From: a virus
Strand: one strand, 5' to 3'
Length of the DNA: 64,000 bases
Virus record (IMG/VR): IMGVR_UViG_3300027833_000001
Span: 101,128-165,127 of that record
Below the pieces are notes generated by a model, which worked only from the letters and a program-made list of their open reading frames with translations, made no database searches and was not told the origin of the DNA. This document shows positions 29,265 through 39,304 of this stretch, one piece after another (within the stretch, counting starts at the first letter, position 1; each line of letters opens with the position of its first letter). A program made the translations under genes and the position numbers.

Positions 29265-29645
29265 GTGGCATATAGCGACAAAGTTATAGACCATTACGAA
29301 AACCCTCGCAACGTAGGCAAATGGGATCCCGCAGACAATATAGGCACTGGAATGGTTGGTGCACCTGCTTGTGGTGATGTCATGCGCCTACAAATTAAAG
29401 TAGAAGGTGATGTCATAAAAGATGCTAAGTTCAAGACTTATGGCTGTGGTTCAGCTATAGCATCCAGCTCACTACTCACAGAGTGGGTAAAGGGTATGTC
29501 GTTACACGATGCGAGTACAATAAAGAACACAGAAATAGCAGAAGAACTTGCTTTACCACCTGTAAAAATTCATTGCAGTGTACTAGCAGAAGATGCTATC
29601 AAAGCCGCAATAGAAGATTACCAAAGCAGGCAAAAGGACGTATAA
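29265..29645 (+). CDS. iscU: Fe-S cluster scaffold IscU
   Basis: YSDKVIDHYENPRNVG, GAPACGD, GCGSAIASSS, LPPVKIHC. Confidence 0.95.
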   Translation: MAYSDKVIDHYENPRNVGKWDPADNIGTGMVGAPACGDVMRLQIKVEGDVIKDAKFKTYGCGSAIASSSLLTEWVKGMSLHDASTIKNTEIAEELALPPVKIHCSVLAEDAIKAAIEDYQSRQKDV

Positions 29646-29648
29646 ATA
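29641..29648 (+). promoter_or_regulatory. Late promoter upstream of iscA-like gene and gp3
   Basis: TATAAATA overlapping the iscU stop. Confidence 0.65.
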
Positions 29649-29653
29649 GTAGT

Positions 29654-29965
29654 ATGATAAAGATATCCTCAGAAGCAAAAGAATACTGGACTGGTTTACT
29701 AGAGAAATCAGAACAGAAGTATGTACGTTTATCACTGAAAGGTAGTGGATGTGCTGGTTTCGCATACGTGTGGGAGTATTCAGATGATGATTCTGATGGC
29801 ACTCTTATAGATGACTTAATTGTTGTTGATGACATAGTGCGAAATGAAGTTGCTGGTAGTACAGTAGATATGGTAACAAGTATGACTGGATCTGAGATAA
29901 CAATAACCAATCCTAACGTAGCAAGTTCGTGCGGATGTGGTGAAAGCATTCAGTTTGAAGCGTAA
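29654..29965 (+). CDS. iscA: A-type Fe-S carrier (IscA/HesB family)
   Basis: GCAGFAY and NPN...CGCGES motifs. Confidence 0.85.
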   Translation: MIKISSEAKEYWTGLLEKSEQKYVRLSLKGSGCAGFAYVWEYSDDDSDGTLIDDLIVVDDIVRNEVAGSTVDMVTSMTGSEITITNPNVASSCGCGESIQFEA

Positions 29966-29976
29966 CGGAGAAACAT

Positions 29977-30564
29977 ATGGCATTTAATAATATATCGTCA
30001 GTCGCAGAAGGAACTTTTGCTGGTAAGAACCCGTCAGAGTTAGACTATTTGCGTCCAAACGGATTTAAATTTCAATTACATAATATGCCTAACGTATCGT
30101 TTTTCTGTCAGGCTGCCAATCTACCAGAAATCTCAATGGGATTTCCAGAGCAAGTAACACCACTTGTAGATATTGCATACCCAGGAGACAAGTTGAGATT
30201 TGGCGAGTTAATGATTAGATTCCTTATTCAGGAAGATATGACTAACTACAAAGAGTTATACTCTTGGCTACGTGGTCTCGGCTTCCCTGAGAACCACAAA
30301 GAGTTCACAGACTATATTAACAGTCAAGCCTATAGAACTGCAACACAGACAAATAACGCTAAGGAGGGCATTGCTCAAGTAAGTGATGCTACTCTGTTTG
30401 TTCTCGATTCCAATAACAATCCAAATGTTAAAGTAACATTCAAAGACGCATTCCCAATATCACTTTCTGGTTTAGACTTTGATATCACGAATGGTGCAGG
30501 TGATTACTTTATTGGTATTGCCGCGTTTAAATATAGAACATATACGATTGATGCAGTAACTTAG
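29977..30564 (+). CDS. gp3: Tail completion protein gp3-like
   Basis: FFCQAANLP, PGDKL, EDMTNYKELYSW, FPISLS. Confidence 0.85.
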   Translation: MAFNNISSVAEGTFAGKNPSELDYLRPNGFKFQLHNMPNVSFFCQAANLPEISMGFPEQVTPLVDIAYPGDKLRFGELMIRFLIQEDMTNYKELYSWLRGLGFPENHKEFTDYINSQAYRTATQTNNAKEGIAQVSDATLFVLDSNNNPNVKVTFKDAFPISLSGLDFDITNGAGDYFIGIAAFKYRTYTIDAVT

Positions 30565-30571
30565 GGAAAAA

Positions 30572-31252
30572 ATGGCTAGATTATTGGTTGGTGGTGATTC
30601 TTTTGCAACATGGGATGAAGATCATTGGTGTAAATACCTCGCTGAACGTGTTCGCGCTCAAGTTCACTCTACTGGTATGCCAGGTAGGTGTATAAAATAT
30701 ACAACACTAAACACCATAGCACATCTAGAGGAAAGTATAGAAAACACTAACACTAGATCCTATACTCACTGCATATTTCATCTTACTTCTTTTCTTAGAT
30801 TGACCTCAATAGGTTTAGATGATACAACGGAAAGAAAGTTAGAGATACTAGAAGACCTTTCAACTGTAACCACCAAGCGATGGTGGAAAGAAGCATATAA
30901 TTTATCTCGTCACTTAGGCAACACAATCACTTATAACAGTAGAGACATTCTAGACTCATTCTATCACAAAAGTTTTAATACACTAACAGAAGCAGAAAAT
31001 ATGATGTATATTGGTGCGCTAATAGGGTATTGTAACTCCAACAAAATAAAGTTATGCATAAGAACAGTTTTCAATGAAGACATTAAGCTCCCTAGATTTG
31101 GACCTGTAGATCATTTTAGATTTGCAGATGAGGCACTGACTCTAATACAACCAAATCACGACCTTAAAGGACACTACACAGCTAAACAACATGAATTGAT
31201 ACTACAAGAATTTAAAAAACTATTTCCAGATTGGTTGGAAACAGACGTATAA
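30572..31252 (+). CDS. Hypothetical protein, SGNH/GDSL-like
   Basis: N-terminal VGGDSF; C-terminal GHY...H. Confidence 0.5.
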   Translation: MARLLVGGDSFATWDEDHWCKYLAERVRAQVHSTGMPGRCIKYTTLNTIAHLEESIENTNTRSYTHCIFHLTSFLRLTSIGLDDTTERKLEILEDLSTVTTKRWWKEAYNLSRHLGNTITYNSRDILDSFYHKSFNTLTEAENMMYIGALIGYCNSNKIKLCIRTVFNEDIKLPRFGPVDHFRFADEALTLIQPNHDLKGHYTAKQHELILQEFKKLFPDWLETDV

Positions 31253-31255
31253 ATA
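31248..31255 (+). promoter_or_regulatory. Late promoter upstream of uvsY
   Basis: TATAAATA. Confidence 0.65.
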
Positions 31256-31285
31256 GTAGTAGAAGAAATATATTATGGAGACACT

Positions 31286-31729
31286 ATGATTAAATTAGCA
31301 GACCTACAAGATATGTGGGTTAATGATTGTAAAATTGATGATTTGAATTTGGGTAAAGAAAGTACTAAGACTCCAGAACTTCATGCGAAGTATCTAAATC
31401 ACTTATCTACAGCTAGACTCCAGTTACGCAAAGCAAACACCAGTCTAATAAAATTAAAACGAATTAAATCTCAATATTTCCGAGGTGAGTTATCCAAAGA
31501 AGAATTGAATGTACTAGGATGGGATCAGTACTTAGGCAATAAGCCACTCAAATCAGAAATTTATGAATACTTAGAAGCTGATGATGATATCATACAGCAA
31601 GCAGATAAATTGGAGTACATTCAGACTACGGTAGATTACCTAGACAGAGTACTCAGAGCAATACAGAGTCGAGGTTGGGATATTAAGAACAGCATCGAAT
31701 GGACAAAATTCACTAACGGACTAATGTAA
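31286..31729 (+). CDS. uvsY: Recombination mediator UvsY
   Basis: LHAKYL, IKNSIEW.KF; synteny with uvsW. Confidence 0.88.
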   Translation: MIKLADLQDMWVNDCKIDDLNLGKESTKTPELHAKYLNHLSTARLQLRKANTSLIKLKRIKSQYFRGELSKEELNVLGWDQYLGNKPLKSEIYEYLEADDDIIQQADKLEYIQTTVDYLDRVLRAIQSRGWDIKNSIEWTKFTNGLM

Positions 31730-31858
31730 ATGGAAGACAAATACATACCAGCATTTTTAACTACTGCTTGGGTATTAACTTTTACTATTCTATTTTGGGC
31801 AACAATAGAAAAACTAACACTTGAATTGTGGTGTATTGCATATGGAATTTTCATGTAA
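31730..31858 (+). CDS. Small membrane peptide (42 aa, not in ORF track)
   Basis: MEDKYIPAFLTTAWVLTFTILFWATIEKLTLELWCIAYGIFM; abuts the uvsY stop and overlaps the uvsW start (TAATG). Confidence 0.55.
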   Translation: MEDKYIPAFLTTAWVLTFTILFWATIEKLTLELWCIAYGIFM

Positions 31859-33336
31859 TGATAACAGTAACGAAGAAAGACGAATGCCACATATTGATCG
31901 ATACGGATCCTAGTACGGCAAAAGAAATCGTTGAATTCTTTACATTCGAAGTTCCTGGTGCAAAGTTTATGCCCGCATATAGAAATAGAATGTGGGACGG
32001 TAAAGCTAGAATGTTTAATATGTACACAAGAGAACTCTATGTAGGTCTATTAGACTATCTAGTGGAATTTTGTGAACAGCTAGAGTACAAGATAGATATA
32101 AAAATTGACAAAGTTGGTGAAGAAGGTACCATCGATCAAGTCTCAAAATTTACAGAGTCCTTAAACTTACACAGCCAAGGTAAACAGATTGCTATTAGGG
32201 ACTATCAACTAGAGGCAGTAACTCATGCGATTAACAATGGTCGATCTCTTCTTTTATCTCCTACTGCTAGTGGTAAGTCTCTCATCATTTACAGTCTTTT
32301 ACGTTATCACCAAGCACACGGACGTAAACAACTTATCATCGTGCCAACGACTTCCCTCGTTGAGCAAATGTGGGGAGATTTTAATGACTACTCATCTGAA
32401 GATAAATGGCAAGCAAACAAATTCTGCCACAAAATCTACGGTGGAAAAGACAAGACCAACAAAGCCGCAGTAATAATATCTACTTGGCAATCAATATATA
32501 AATTTCCTAAGTCTTGGTTTGAAGAGTTTGATGTAGTATATGGAGATGAAGCACACAACTTTAAAGCTAAATCATTGACTACTTTACTAGACAAAATGGT
32601 AAACACTCCATATCGATATGGCACAACAGGTACACTTGACGGCACAAAGACTCATAGATTAGTACTTGAAGGAGTATTTGGTAGAGTGTACAAAGTGACT
32701 ACAACAAAGAAACTCATGGACAGTAAACAACTGGCTGAGTTGAAGATTGTTTGTTTGCTACTAGAGTACTCTGATGCACAGAGGAAGTTAGTATCTAAAA
32801 TGCCATATCAAGAAGAGATGGACTGGCTAGTAACTAACCCACAACGTAATAAGATTATAACTAATTTGACTATAGCACAGACTGGTAATACCCTAGTGTT
32901 ATATCAATTTGTAGAGAAACATGGTGCGGTATTGCACAAGATGATAAGCGAACGTGTAAATTCTGAAAGGATGGTGTTCTTTGTACACGGTGGAACTGAT
33001 ACTGAGCAAAGAGAAGAGATACGCCACTTGACAGAGACACAAAAAGATGCTATAATCATCGCTTCATATGGTACTTTTAGTACTGGTATAAATATAAGGA
33101 ACTTACATAATGTTGTATTTGCTTCACCTAGCAAGTCTCGTATCAGAAATCTACAGTCTATTGGTAGAGGACTTAGGAAGGGTAATCAGAAAGAAGCGTG
33201 TAATTTATTTGATGTCGGTGATGATCTCTCTTGGAAATCTAAGAAGAACTTCACACTCAATCATATGTTAGAACGAATTAAAATTTACAACGAAGAATCG
33301 TTCAACTATAAGATAGCAAAGGTAGAAGTAAAATGA
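31858..33336 (+). CDS. uvsW: RNA-DNA/DNA helicase UvsW
   Basis: SPTASGKS, DEAH, QSIGRGLR. Confidence 0.95.
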   Translation: MITVTKKDECHILIDTDPSTAKEIVEFFTFEVPGAKFMPAYRNRMWDGKARMFNMYTRELYVGLLDYLVEFCEQLEYKIDIKIDKVGEEGTIDQVSKFTESLNLHSQGKQIAIRDYQLEAVTHAINNGRSLLLSPTASGKSLIIYSLLRYHQAHGRKQLIIVPTTSLVEQMWGDFNDYSSEDKWQANKFCHKIYGGKDKTNKAAVIISTWQSIYKFPKSWFEEFDVVYGDEAHNFKAKSLTTLLDKMVNTPYRYGTTGTLDGTKTHRLVLEGVFGRVYKVTTTKKLMDSKQLAELKIVCLLLEYSDAQRKLVSKMPYQEEMDWLVTNPQRNKIITNLTIAQTGNTLVLYQFVEKHGAVLHKMISERVNSERMVFFVHGGTDTEQREEIRHLTETQKDAIIIASYGTFSTGINIRNLHNVVFASPSKSRIRNLQSIGRGLRKGNQKEACNLFDVGDDLSWKSKKNFTLNHMLERIKIYNEESFNYKIAKVEVK

Positions 33337-33713
33337 ATGAACTAGAACCTAAAGTAATAACTCTCCTCAATGAGACTCAGCTAGTAGCATCTGTGGAAGA
33401 GGTCTCACCTACAGAGATTAAACTTCATACACCTTTGAAGATAACGCGCCATCTTAATGAAGGTCCTAGGGGTATGCAAGAGTCATTTGCTCTCATGGGA
33501 TGGATCCCTTTTTCTGACGATTTAGAATATTTTATGAATAGAGATATTATAGCAAACGTATCTACATTGTCGCGCCAGTATGTGCAAGACTATTATGCGA
33601 TTGTTGAGAAAACTTTTTTTGCTGAAAACGAGTCGGGTCATGACGATACCGACGAGATGATAGCAGACATCTACGCTTATGCTCAAGCAGTAGATAACAA
33701 TGAAATACATTGA
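33333..33713 (+). CDS. Hypothetical protein (conserved position between uvsW and gp55)
   Basis: WIPFSDD motif; ATGA coupling. Confidence 0.7.
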   Translation: MNELEPKVITLLNETQLVASVEEVSPTEIKLHTPLKITRHLNEGPRGMQESFALMGWIPFSDDLEYFMNRDIIANVSTLSRQYVQDYYAIVEKTFFAENESGHDDTDEMIADIYAYAQAVDNNEIH

Positions 33714-33739
33714 TTGTATTCTTTAAAGGGACACACCCT

Positions 33740-33767
33740 ATTATACACACTATTTTAGGAATGTCAA
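33740..33767 (-). promoter_or_regulatory. Antisense sigma70-like promoter divergent from gp55
   Basis: Minus strand TTGACA-16 nt-TATAAT with upstream A tract. Confidence 0.65.
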
Positions 33768-33795
33768 GTCTTTTTTTACATTATGGGAAAATAAA

Positions 33796-34380
33796 ATGAA
33801 AAAATCTACAGCACCGAAACAACACTATGTTGACAACAAGGAGTTCCTCGCTAAGATAAGCATCTACCGAGAAGAACGACTGGCAGCCGAAGCCGCTGGC
33901 GAACCTAAACCTAGGGTAACTAATTATCTGGGTGAATGTTTTGTTAAGATAGCAAATCACCTTGCGTACAAGTCAAACTTTGTCAACTATACTTTCCGCG
34001 ATGAAATGATACTAGATGGTATCGAGAATTGCATTACATATATGGACAATTTTGATCCAGCAAAATCTAAGAACCCATTTGCTTACTTCACACAGATTAC
34101 TTACTATGCATTCATACGTAGGATCAAGAAAGAGAAGAAGCATATCGATATCAAGATGAAACTCATTACCAATATGGACTTCACAGAGATGTTTGCAGAG
34201 GGTAAAGAGACTGTTGGTAGCGAGTATCTGGACTACATGAAGAACCAGATAGATCAAGCTAACAAGCACAACGAAGACCACAAAGAAGTGAATTCAAAGA
34301 TCCCTAAACGTAAGCCAAAGTACCTAACAGATAGGGAAGCCGTAGACTTAGCTAAAGATAAGATTGAGGCAATGAAATAA
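33796..34380 (+). CDS. gp55: Late transcription sigma factor gp55
   Basis: HYVDNKEF, MILDGIENC, NPFAYFTQI..AFIRRI. Confidence 0.95.
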   Translation: MKKSTAPKQHYVDNKEFLAKISIYREERLAAEAAGEPKPRVTNYLGECFVKIANHLAYKSNFVNYTFRDEMILDGIENCITYMDNFDPAKSKNPFAYFTQITYYAFIRRIKKEKKHIDIKMKLITNMDFTEMFAEGKETVGSEYLDYMKNQIDQANKHNEDHKEVNSKIPKRKPKYLTDREAVDLAKDKIEAMK

Positions 34381-34393
34381 TTTCAAAAACCAC

Positions 34394-34422
34394 TTGACTT
34401 TTGCCTAAGAATAACATATAAT
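34394..34422 (+). promoter_or_regulatory. Sigma70-like early promoter
   Basis: TTGACT-17-TATAAT. Confidence 0.75.
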
Positions 34423-34446
34423 GGTTTGTTAATAGTAGAGGTATCT

Positions 34447-34737
34447 ATGACAGATGACAACGTGATCGAAGTGGACTTCAGTAAGAAGAAATCCAAGTAC
34501 AATCTCAATGACGCATATGCCATAACACCAGAAGGTACAGTAACCTTTACTTTTGGTGATGGAAATGAATTCGTTACTGAGTTACCAGATTTAAGCAAAC
34601 AGGACTGGACAAAGTTCTTTTCAATGCAAGCCGAAGGTATGTTTGATAATACCTTTCTTTCAGACACAGTAACTATCACCGTAGATAAACCTGACGAACA
34701 AACGGTATACACCTTAGTACCACCAGAGGATAAATAA
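34447..34737 (+). CDS. Hypothetical protein
   Basis: GAGG RBS, ATG 34447. Confidence 0.65.
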   Translation: MTDDNVIEVDFSKKKSKYNLNDAYAITPEGTVTFTFGDGNEFVTELPDLSKQDWTKFFSMQAEGMFDNTFLSDTVTITVDKPDEQTVYTLVPPEDK

Positions 34738-35282
34738 TGGCATCACCGACAGACCCAAATCAAGTTCACATCATGGTGGACTTAGAAACTTTAAGTACTC
34801 GCGCTAACTCTACAATTGTATCTATTGGCGCAACTAAGTTTAAGTTAGATGGGCAACCAGAGCAAGAGTTCTATATAAATGTAGACGCGGCATCTTGTAA
34901 AGCGAAAGGGTTGCACATCTCAAAAGACACCGTAGAGTGGTGGCAAAAACAAAAACCAGAAGCACTTAAAGCATTGATGGTTGACCCAGTAGATATTGAA
35001 GATGCACTAGAAGCATTCACTCAATTTATTGGCAATGACCAAGTAATGATTTGGGGTAACGGTGCATCATTTGATGTTACCATTTTAGAAGAAGCCTATG
35101 AAGCCTGTGGTATATCAAACTACCCTTGGAAACATTGGAACATTATGTGTTTCAGGACAGTAATGAATCTAATGGGTATAAGAAACTCTGATATTCGCGC
35201 CGCAGATAATGACTTACATCACCATGCGCTTGATGACGCAAAGAGTCAAGCCAACACATTGAGAAAAATTCTGACTACATGA
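34737..35282 (+). CDS. DEDDh 3'-5' exonuclease (DexA/RNase AS-like)
   Basis: MVDLETL, WGNGASFD, HHALDDA. Confidence 0.85.
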   Translation: MASPTDPNQVHIMVDLETLSTRANSTIVSIGATKFKLDGQPEQEFYINVDAASCKAKGLHISKDTVEWWQKQKPEALKALMVDPVDIEDALEAFTQFIGNDQVMIWGNGASFDVTILEEAYEACGISNYPWKHWNIMCFRTVMNLMGIRNSDIRAADNDLHHHALDDAKSQANTLRKILTT

Positions 35283-36343
35283 AAATAGCTACGATAAATG
35301 ATACACACTTCGGTGCGAGAAGTGATTCATTACAGTTCGATGCATTCTTTAAAAAGTTTTATGATGAGTTCTTTTTTCCTATGTTGGTTGAAAGAGAAAT
35401 CAAAACTGTAATGCATTTAGGTGATGTTTTTGATAGAAGAAAGTATATCAACTACAATACTCTACGAAGCTGTAAAGAATACTTTTTCGATAAGGCTGCC
35501 AGCTTAGGGATTGACATCCATATGATACCTGGTAACCATGATACATACTTTAAGAATACTAATGATGTAAACTCTCCTGAATTGTTACTACGAGAATACG
35601 ACAATGTTAAAATATATCCAGAAATTTCCACAGTGGAATTTGATGGTCGAAAAATACTATTTGTTCCTTGGATATGTTCAGAAAATTATGACAACAGTAT
35701 GCAAACGATTGCGACTACTGATGCCAAAGTCTGCTTCGGACACTTTGAGTTCGCTGGATTTCAAATGTACAAAGGCGTGTCAAACGATCACGGAATGGGT
35801 GTTGACCCTTTTAGCAACTTTGATTTGGTTTGTAGCGGTCACTATCATCATCGTTCTAGGGTTGATAATATTCTCTACCTTGGAAATCCATATGAAATTA
35901 CGTGGTCTGATTATGATGACCCAAGAGGATTCAACATATATGACACCCATACAAATGATATCGAGTTTTTACAAAACCCATTTAATATTTTTCACAAATT
36001 CCATTATGACGATACCAACGATGATTTTAGAAAACAGCTTGATGCTTTTGACTATGATATTATTTCTGGTTGTTGCATAAAATTAATTGTTGTCAAGAAG
36101 GATGACTTTCAATACTTTGATCAGTTCGTTGAGAAATTGTATCGATGTAATCTCACAGAATTAAAAATCATTGAAGACTTTTCAGAGTTTGAAGATGATG
36201 CAGTTGGAGAGATTGAAGTAAACTTAGAAGACACCATGTCCTTGCTGAATGATTATGTTGATAGCACGACAACTGATCTTGATAAAGATAAACTCAAAAC
36301 AGTTTTACGCACATTATATGTAGAGGCTCAAAGCGTTGATTAA
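35279..36343 (+). CDS. gp47: Recombination endonuclease subunit gp47 (Mre11/SbcD-like)
   Basis: DTHFG, LGDVFD, GNHD, GHYH. Confidence 0.93.
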   Translation: MKIATINDTHFGARSDSLQFDAFFKKFYDEFFFPMLVEREIKTVMHLGDVFDRRKYINYNTLRSCKEYFFDKAASLGIDIHMIPGNHDTYFKNTNDVNSPELLLREYDNVKIYPEISTVEFDGRKILFVPWICSENYDNSMQTIATTDAKVCFGHFEFAGFQMYKGVSNDHGMGVDPFSNFDLVCSGHYHHRSRVDNILYLGNPYEITWSDYDDPRGFNIYDTHTNDIEFLQNPFNIFHKFHYDDTNDDFRKQLDAFDYDIISGCCIKLIVVKKDDFQYFDQFVEKLYRCNLTELKIIEDFSEFEDDAVGEIEVNLEDTMSLLNDYVDSTTTDLDKDKLKTVLRTLYVEAQSVD

Positions 36344-37106
36344 GAAGATAATATCAGCTGGCTGTTCTTTCACTAAACCCGGACATTTTGGTGCTTGGTC
36401 AGAACAATTGGCACATCTTCTTGATGCAAGATTGCTTAATACTGGTTCTCCTTCTCAGGGAAATAATCTCATTGCTAGAAAAGTTATTCATGCAGTAGAA
36501 AAATGTCGTACATCATTCGCTAATATAGATGAACTGTTGGTCGCTGTACAGTGGTCATCACCAAATAGATTTGCAAGATTTATGACAGACACTCAAATTG
36601 AAGATTGGGAAATAACACACGGACCAGAATTTAAAGAAAAAAATCCACCTGGAAACTTTAGCCAAGGTAAAGATGGAAACCCAATTAGGATGTTTAGTGG
36701 TGGCGATGGTTCATGGTTGTTATCAAATCACAACTGGCCCGATGCTGTATCTAAAAATCATATGGAGTTTAGTAATAACATCGATGCAGAAATACGAACA
36801 TACGAAGACATTCTTCGGGTTGAGAATTATTTGAAAAGACATAAAATAAATTACTTTATGTTTTTGGGATGGGATGGTTGTCTATCTAATAAACATTGGC
36901 AAAATCCAAATGTTAAATATCTACGCAACATGGTAGATCATAGTAAGTGGATTACTTCAGAGTATCAATGGTGTGTAAAGAACACTGAGGGTCCTTTCTG
37001 TGAAGGACTAGATACAAAGATTGTCCAACATCCAACACAAGTACAGCACCAGATGTATACTGAAGGCGCTATTATGCCACATTTAAAGTGGCGAGGAATT
37101 ATATGA
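36336..37106 (+). CDS. Hypothetical protein, SGNH-like
   Basis: SAGCSFT, GNNLIA, VQWS...R, C-terminal HP...H. Confidence 0.55.
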   Translation: MIKKIISAGCSFTKPGHFGAWSEQLAHLLDARLLNTGSPSQGNNLIARKVIHAVEKCRTSFANIDELLVAVQWSSPNRFARFMTDTQIEDWEITHGPEFKEKNPPGNFSQGKDGNPIRMFSGGDGSWLLSNHNWPDAVSKNHMEFSNNIDAEIRTYEDILRVENYLKRHKINYFMFLGWDGCLSNKHWQNPNVKYLRNMVDHSKWITSEYQWCVKNTEGPFCEGLDTKIVQHPTQVQHQMYTEGAIMPHLKWRGII

Positions 37107-38773
37107 TAATATTTGAGAAGCTACGTTGGCAAAACTTTCTGTCAACTGGTAACGCATTTACTGAGATTGATTTTACACGTAGTCCTAATACTTTGATTGT
37201 TGGTGAGAATGGCAGTGGTAAATCTACCATGCTTGACGCATTATGTTTCGGACTGTTTAACAAACCATTTAGAGCGATCAGTAAAAATCAACTATTGAAC
37301 TCAGTCAATGGTAAAAACTTACTTGTTGAAGTTGAATTTAGAATTGGTACCAAAGACTATAAAGTTGTTCGTGGCGTTAAACCAAATTTATTTGAAATTT
37401 ATTGTGACGGTACTTTGGTAGACCAAGATGCAAATCTACGAGATACACAGAAATATCTTGAAGACTCTGTATTGAAATTAAACTATAAATCATTTACTCA
37501 AATTGTTATTTTGGGTAGTGCATCTTTCACACCATTTATGCAACTGCCATTAGGTAGTCGAAGAGAGATAATTGAAGACATTCTTGATATTCAAATCTTT
37601 ACTACCATGAATGTAGTATTGAAAGACAAGATGAACAAGATGAAAGAAACCATACGGGACATAGAATCTGATGTAGAAGTCTCTAAGCAGAAAGCACTAT
37701 TGCAAAAACAATATATTGAGAATCTTGAAAATGATAAAGCGATAAAAATTTCAGCAATAGAGAAACAGATAGAAGAAATACATACATCTATAGAAGAACA
37801 TGAAGCAGAAGTAACCAAGTTAAACACAGACAAAACATCACTCGGTAATCCAAAAGAAAGAATTAAGAAACTCAATTCCTTTAAAGAAAAGTTTTCTACT
37901 CAAATTGGTAAAGTAAATAGAGAGTTACAATTCTATGAAGACCATGATGATTGTCCTACTTGTAAGCAAGGCATACCACATGACTTTAAAGAAGATATTC
38001 TAAAAAAGAGAACTGATAAGATTACGGAACTGACAGATGCATCAACCCAGATAGAGGATGAATTTGTCACTTTGAATGCCACCTTAGAAACATTTATGGA
38101 ACTGTCTGAAAGTATCGCAGAGATTACTACGGAGATTATTACCAGCCAGAAGTATCTAACAAGATTGCAGTCTGATATATCTACAGCAAAAGAAAATGTT
38201 GCAGACATCACAGAAGAGAAAAAGAAGCTAAAAGATTTGGCTAAAATAGTGGTCCAGAATGAACACCAACGCTCAGAGAAGAGCGAGGAGAGCCATTACT
38301 TAACAGTCGCTAGTAGTTTACTCAAAGATACTGGTATAAAAACAAGAATCATTCGCCAATACTTACCAGCCATCAATAAACTAGTGAATAAGTTTTTGGC
38401 ATCAATGGATTTCTTTGTACAGTTTGATCTAGATGAAAAGTTTAATGAGACTATCAAGTCTCGCCATAGAGATAAGTTTAGTTATGCATCCTTCAGTGAA
38501 GGTGAGAAGCAACGTATTGATTTGGCATTGCTGTTTACATGGAGAACAATTGCTAAGATGAAAAATAGTGCCGCAACTAATCTACTGATACTTGATGAAG
38601 TATTCGACAGTAGTTTAGACAATAATGGCACAGACTATGTGATGACCTTACTAAATACTATAGGAGAAGAAGCAAACGTATTTGTAATCTCACATAAAGG
38701 CGACCAACTGTTTGACAAGTTTAGAGCAGTAATTAAATTTGAGAAGAAACAAAATTATTCGGTGATAGTATAA
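37103..38773 (+). CDS. gp46: Recombination endonuclease subunit gp46 (Rad50/SbcC-like)
   Basis: GENGSGKST, CPTC zinc hook, FSEGE, LDEVFD. Confidence 0.95.
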   Translation: MIIFEKLRWQNFLSTGNAFTEIDFTRSPNTLIVGENGSGKSTMLDALCFGLFNKPFRAISKNQLLNSVNGKNLLVEVEFRIGTKDYKVVRGVKPNLFEIYCDGTLVDQDANLRDTQKYLEDSVLKLNYKSFTQIVILGSASFTPFMQLPLGSRREIIEDILDIQIFTTMNVVLKDKMNKMKETIRDIESDVEVSKQKALLQKQYIENLENDKAIKISAIEKQIEEIHTSIEEHEAEVTKLNTDKTSLGNPKERIKKLNSFKEKFSTQIGKVNRELQFYEDHDDCPTCKQGIPHDFKEDILKKRTDKITELTDASTQIEDEFVTLNATLETFMELSESIAEITTEIITSQKYLTRLQSDISTAKENVADITEEKKKLKDLAKIVVQNEHQRSEKSEESHYLTVASSLLKDTGIKTRIIRQYLPAINKLVNKFLASMDFFVQFDLDEKFNETIKSRHRDKFSYASFSEGEKQRIDLALLFTWRTIAKMKNSAATNLLILDEVFDSSLDNNGTDYVMTLLNTIGEEANVFVISHKGDQLFDKFRAVIKFEKKQNYSVIV

Positions 38774-39304
38774 ATGGAATTAGTAGAATTAGGTAATGAA
38801 ATTCTCAACAAAGTACCAGAGGTATTTGATTATGAGAAAGATAGCGCGGTAGAGTTTGCAACTGAACTCATGGAAAAAATGATTGAGTTGCGAGGAGTAG
38901 GATTATCTGCCAATCAAGTCGGACATGATAAGAGAGTTTTTTGTATGGGTGTAAAACATCCCACTACAGGTGAAGAATTCAATCGTACTCTCTTTAATCC
39001 ATTATTACTTGGAGTTAATGAAGAGACAAGTGTAGCAGAAGAAGGTTGTTTAAGTATGCCGGGATTCAGATTACACGTTAGTCGCCCTACAGAATGCACT
39101 ATAAAATACCATGATATTAATAACAAAGAAACTACCGAAAAATTTTTAGGTCTAGCCGCAAGAGTTGCGCTACATGAATATGATCATATGCTAGGACTTA
39201 ACATGACGCATAGAGTATCAAAGTTAAAAATGCAAAGAGCGTTAAGGGCATTAGACAAAAGAGTTAAGCGGTTTAACAAAAGGAAAGAACAAGATGGCAG
39301 ATAA
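38774..39304 (+). CDS. def: Peptide deformylase
   Basis: GVGLSANQ, EGCLS, HEYDH. Confidence 0.92.
   Translation: MELVELGNEILNKVPEVFDYEKDSAVEFATELMEKMIELRGVGLSANQVGHDKRVFCMGVKHPTTGEEFNRTLFNPLLLGVNEETSVAEEGCLSMPGFRLHVSRPTECTIKYHDINNKETTEKFLGLAARVALHEYDHMLGLNMTHRVSKLKMQRALRALDKRVKRFNKRKEQDGR

Noticed and set aside
29483-29653. Long N-terminal extensions in the ORF track (iscA 29483, uvsW 31828, uvsX 55526, MTase-like 7571, gp46 37088)
   Set aside because: They overlap upstream genes; downstream ATGs fit family starts and translational coupling better
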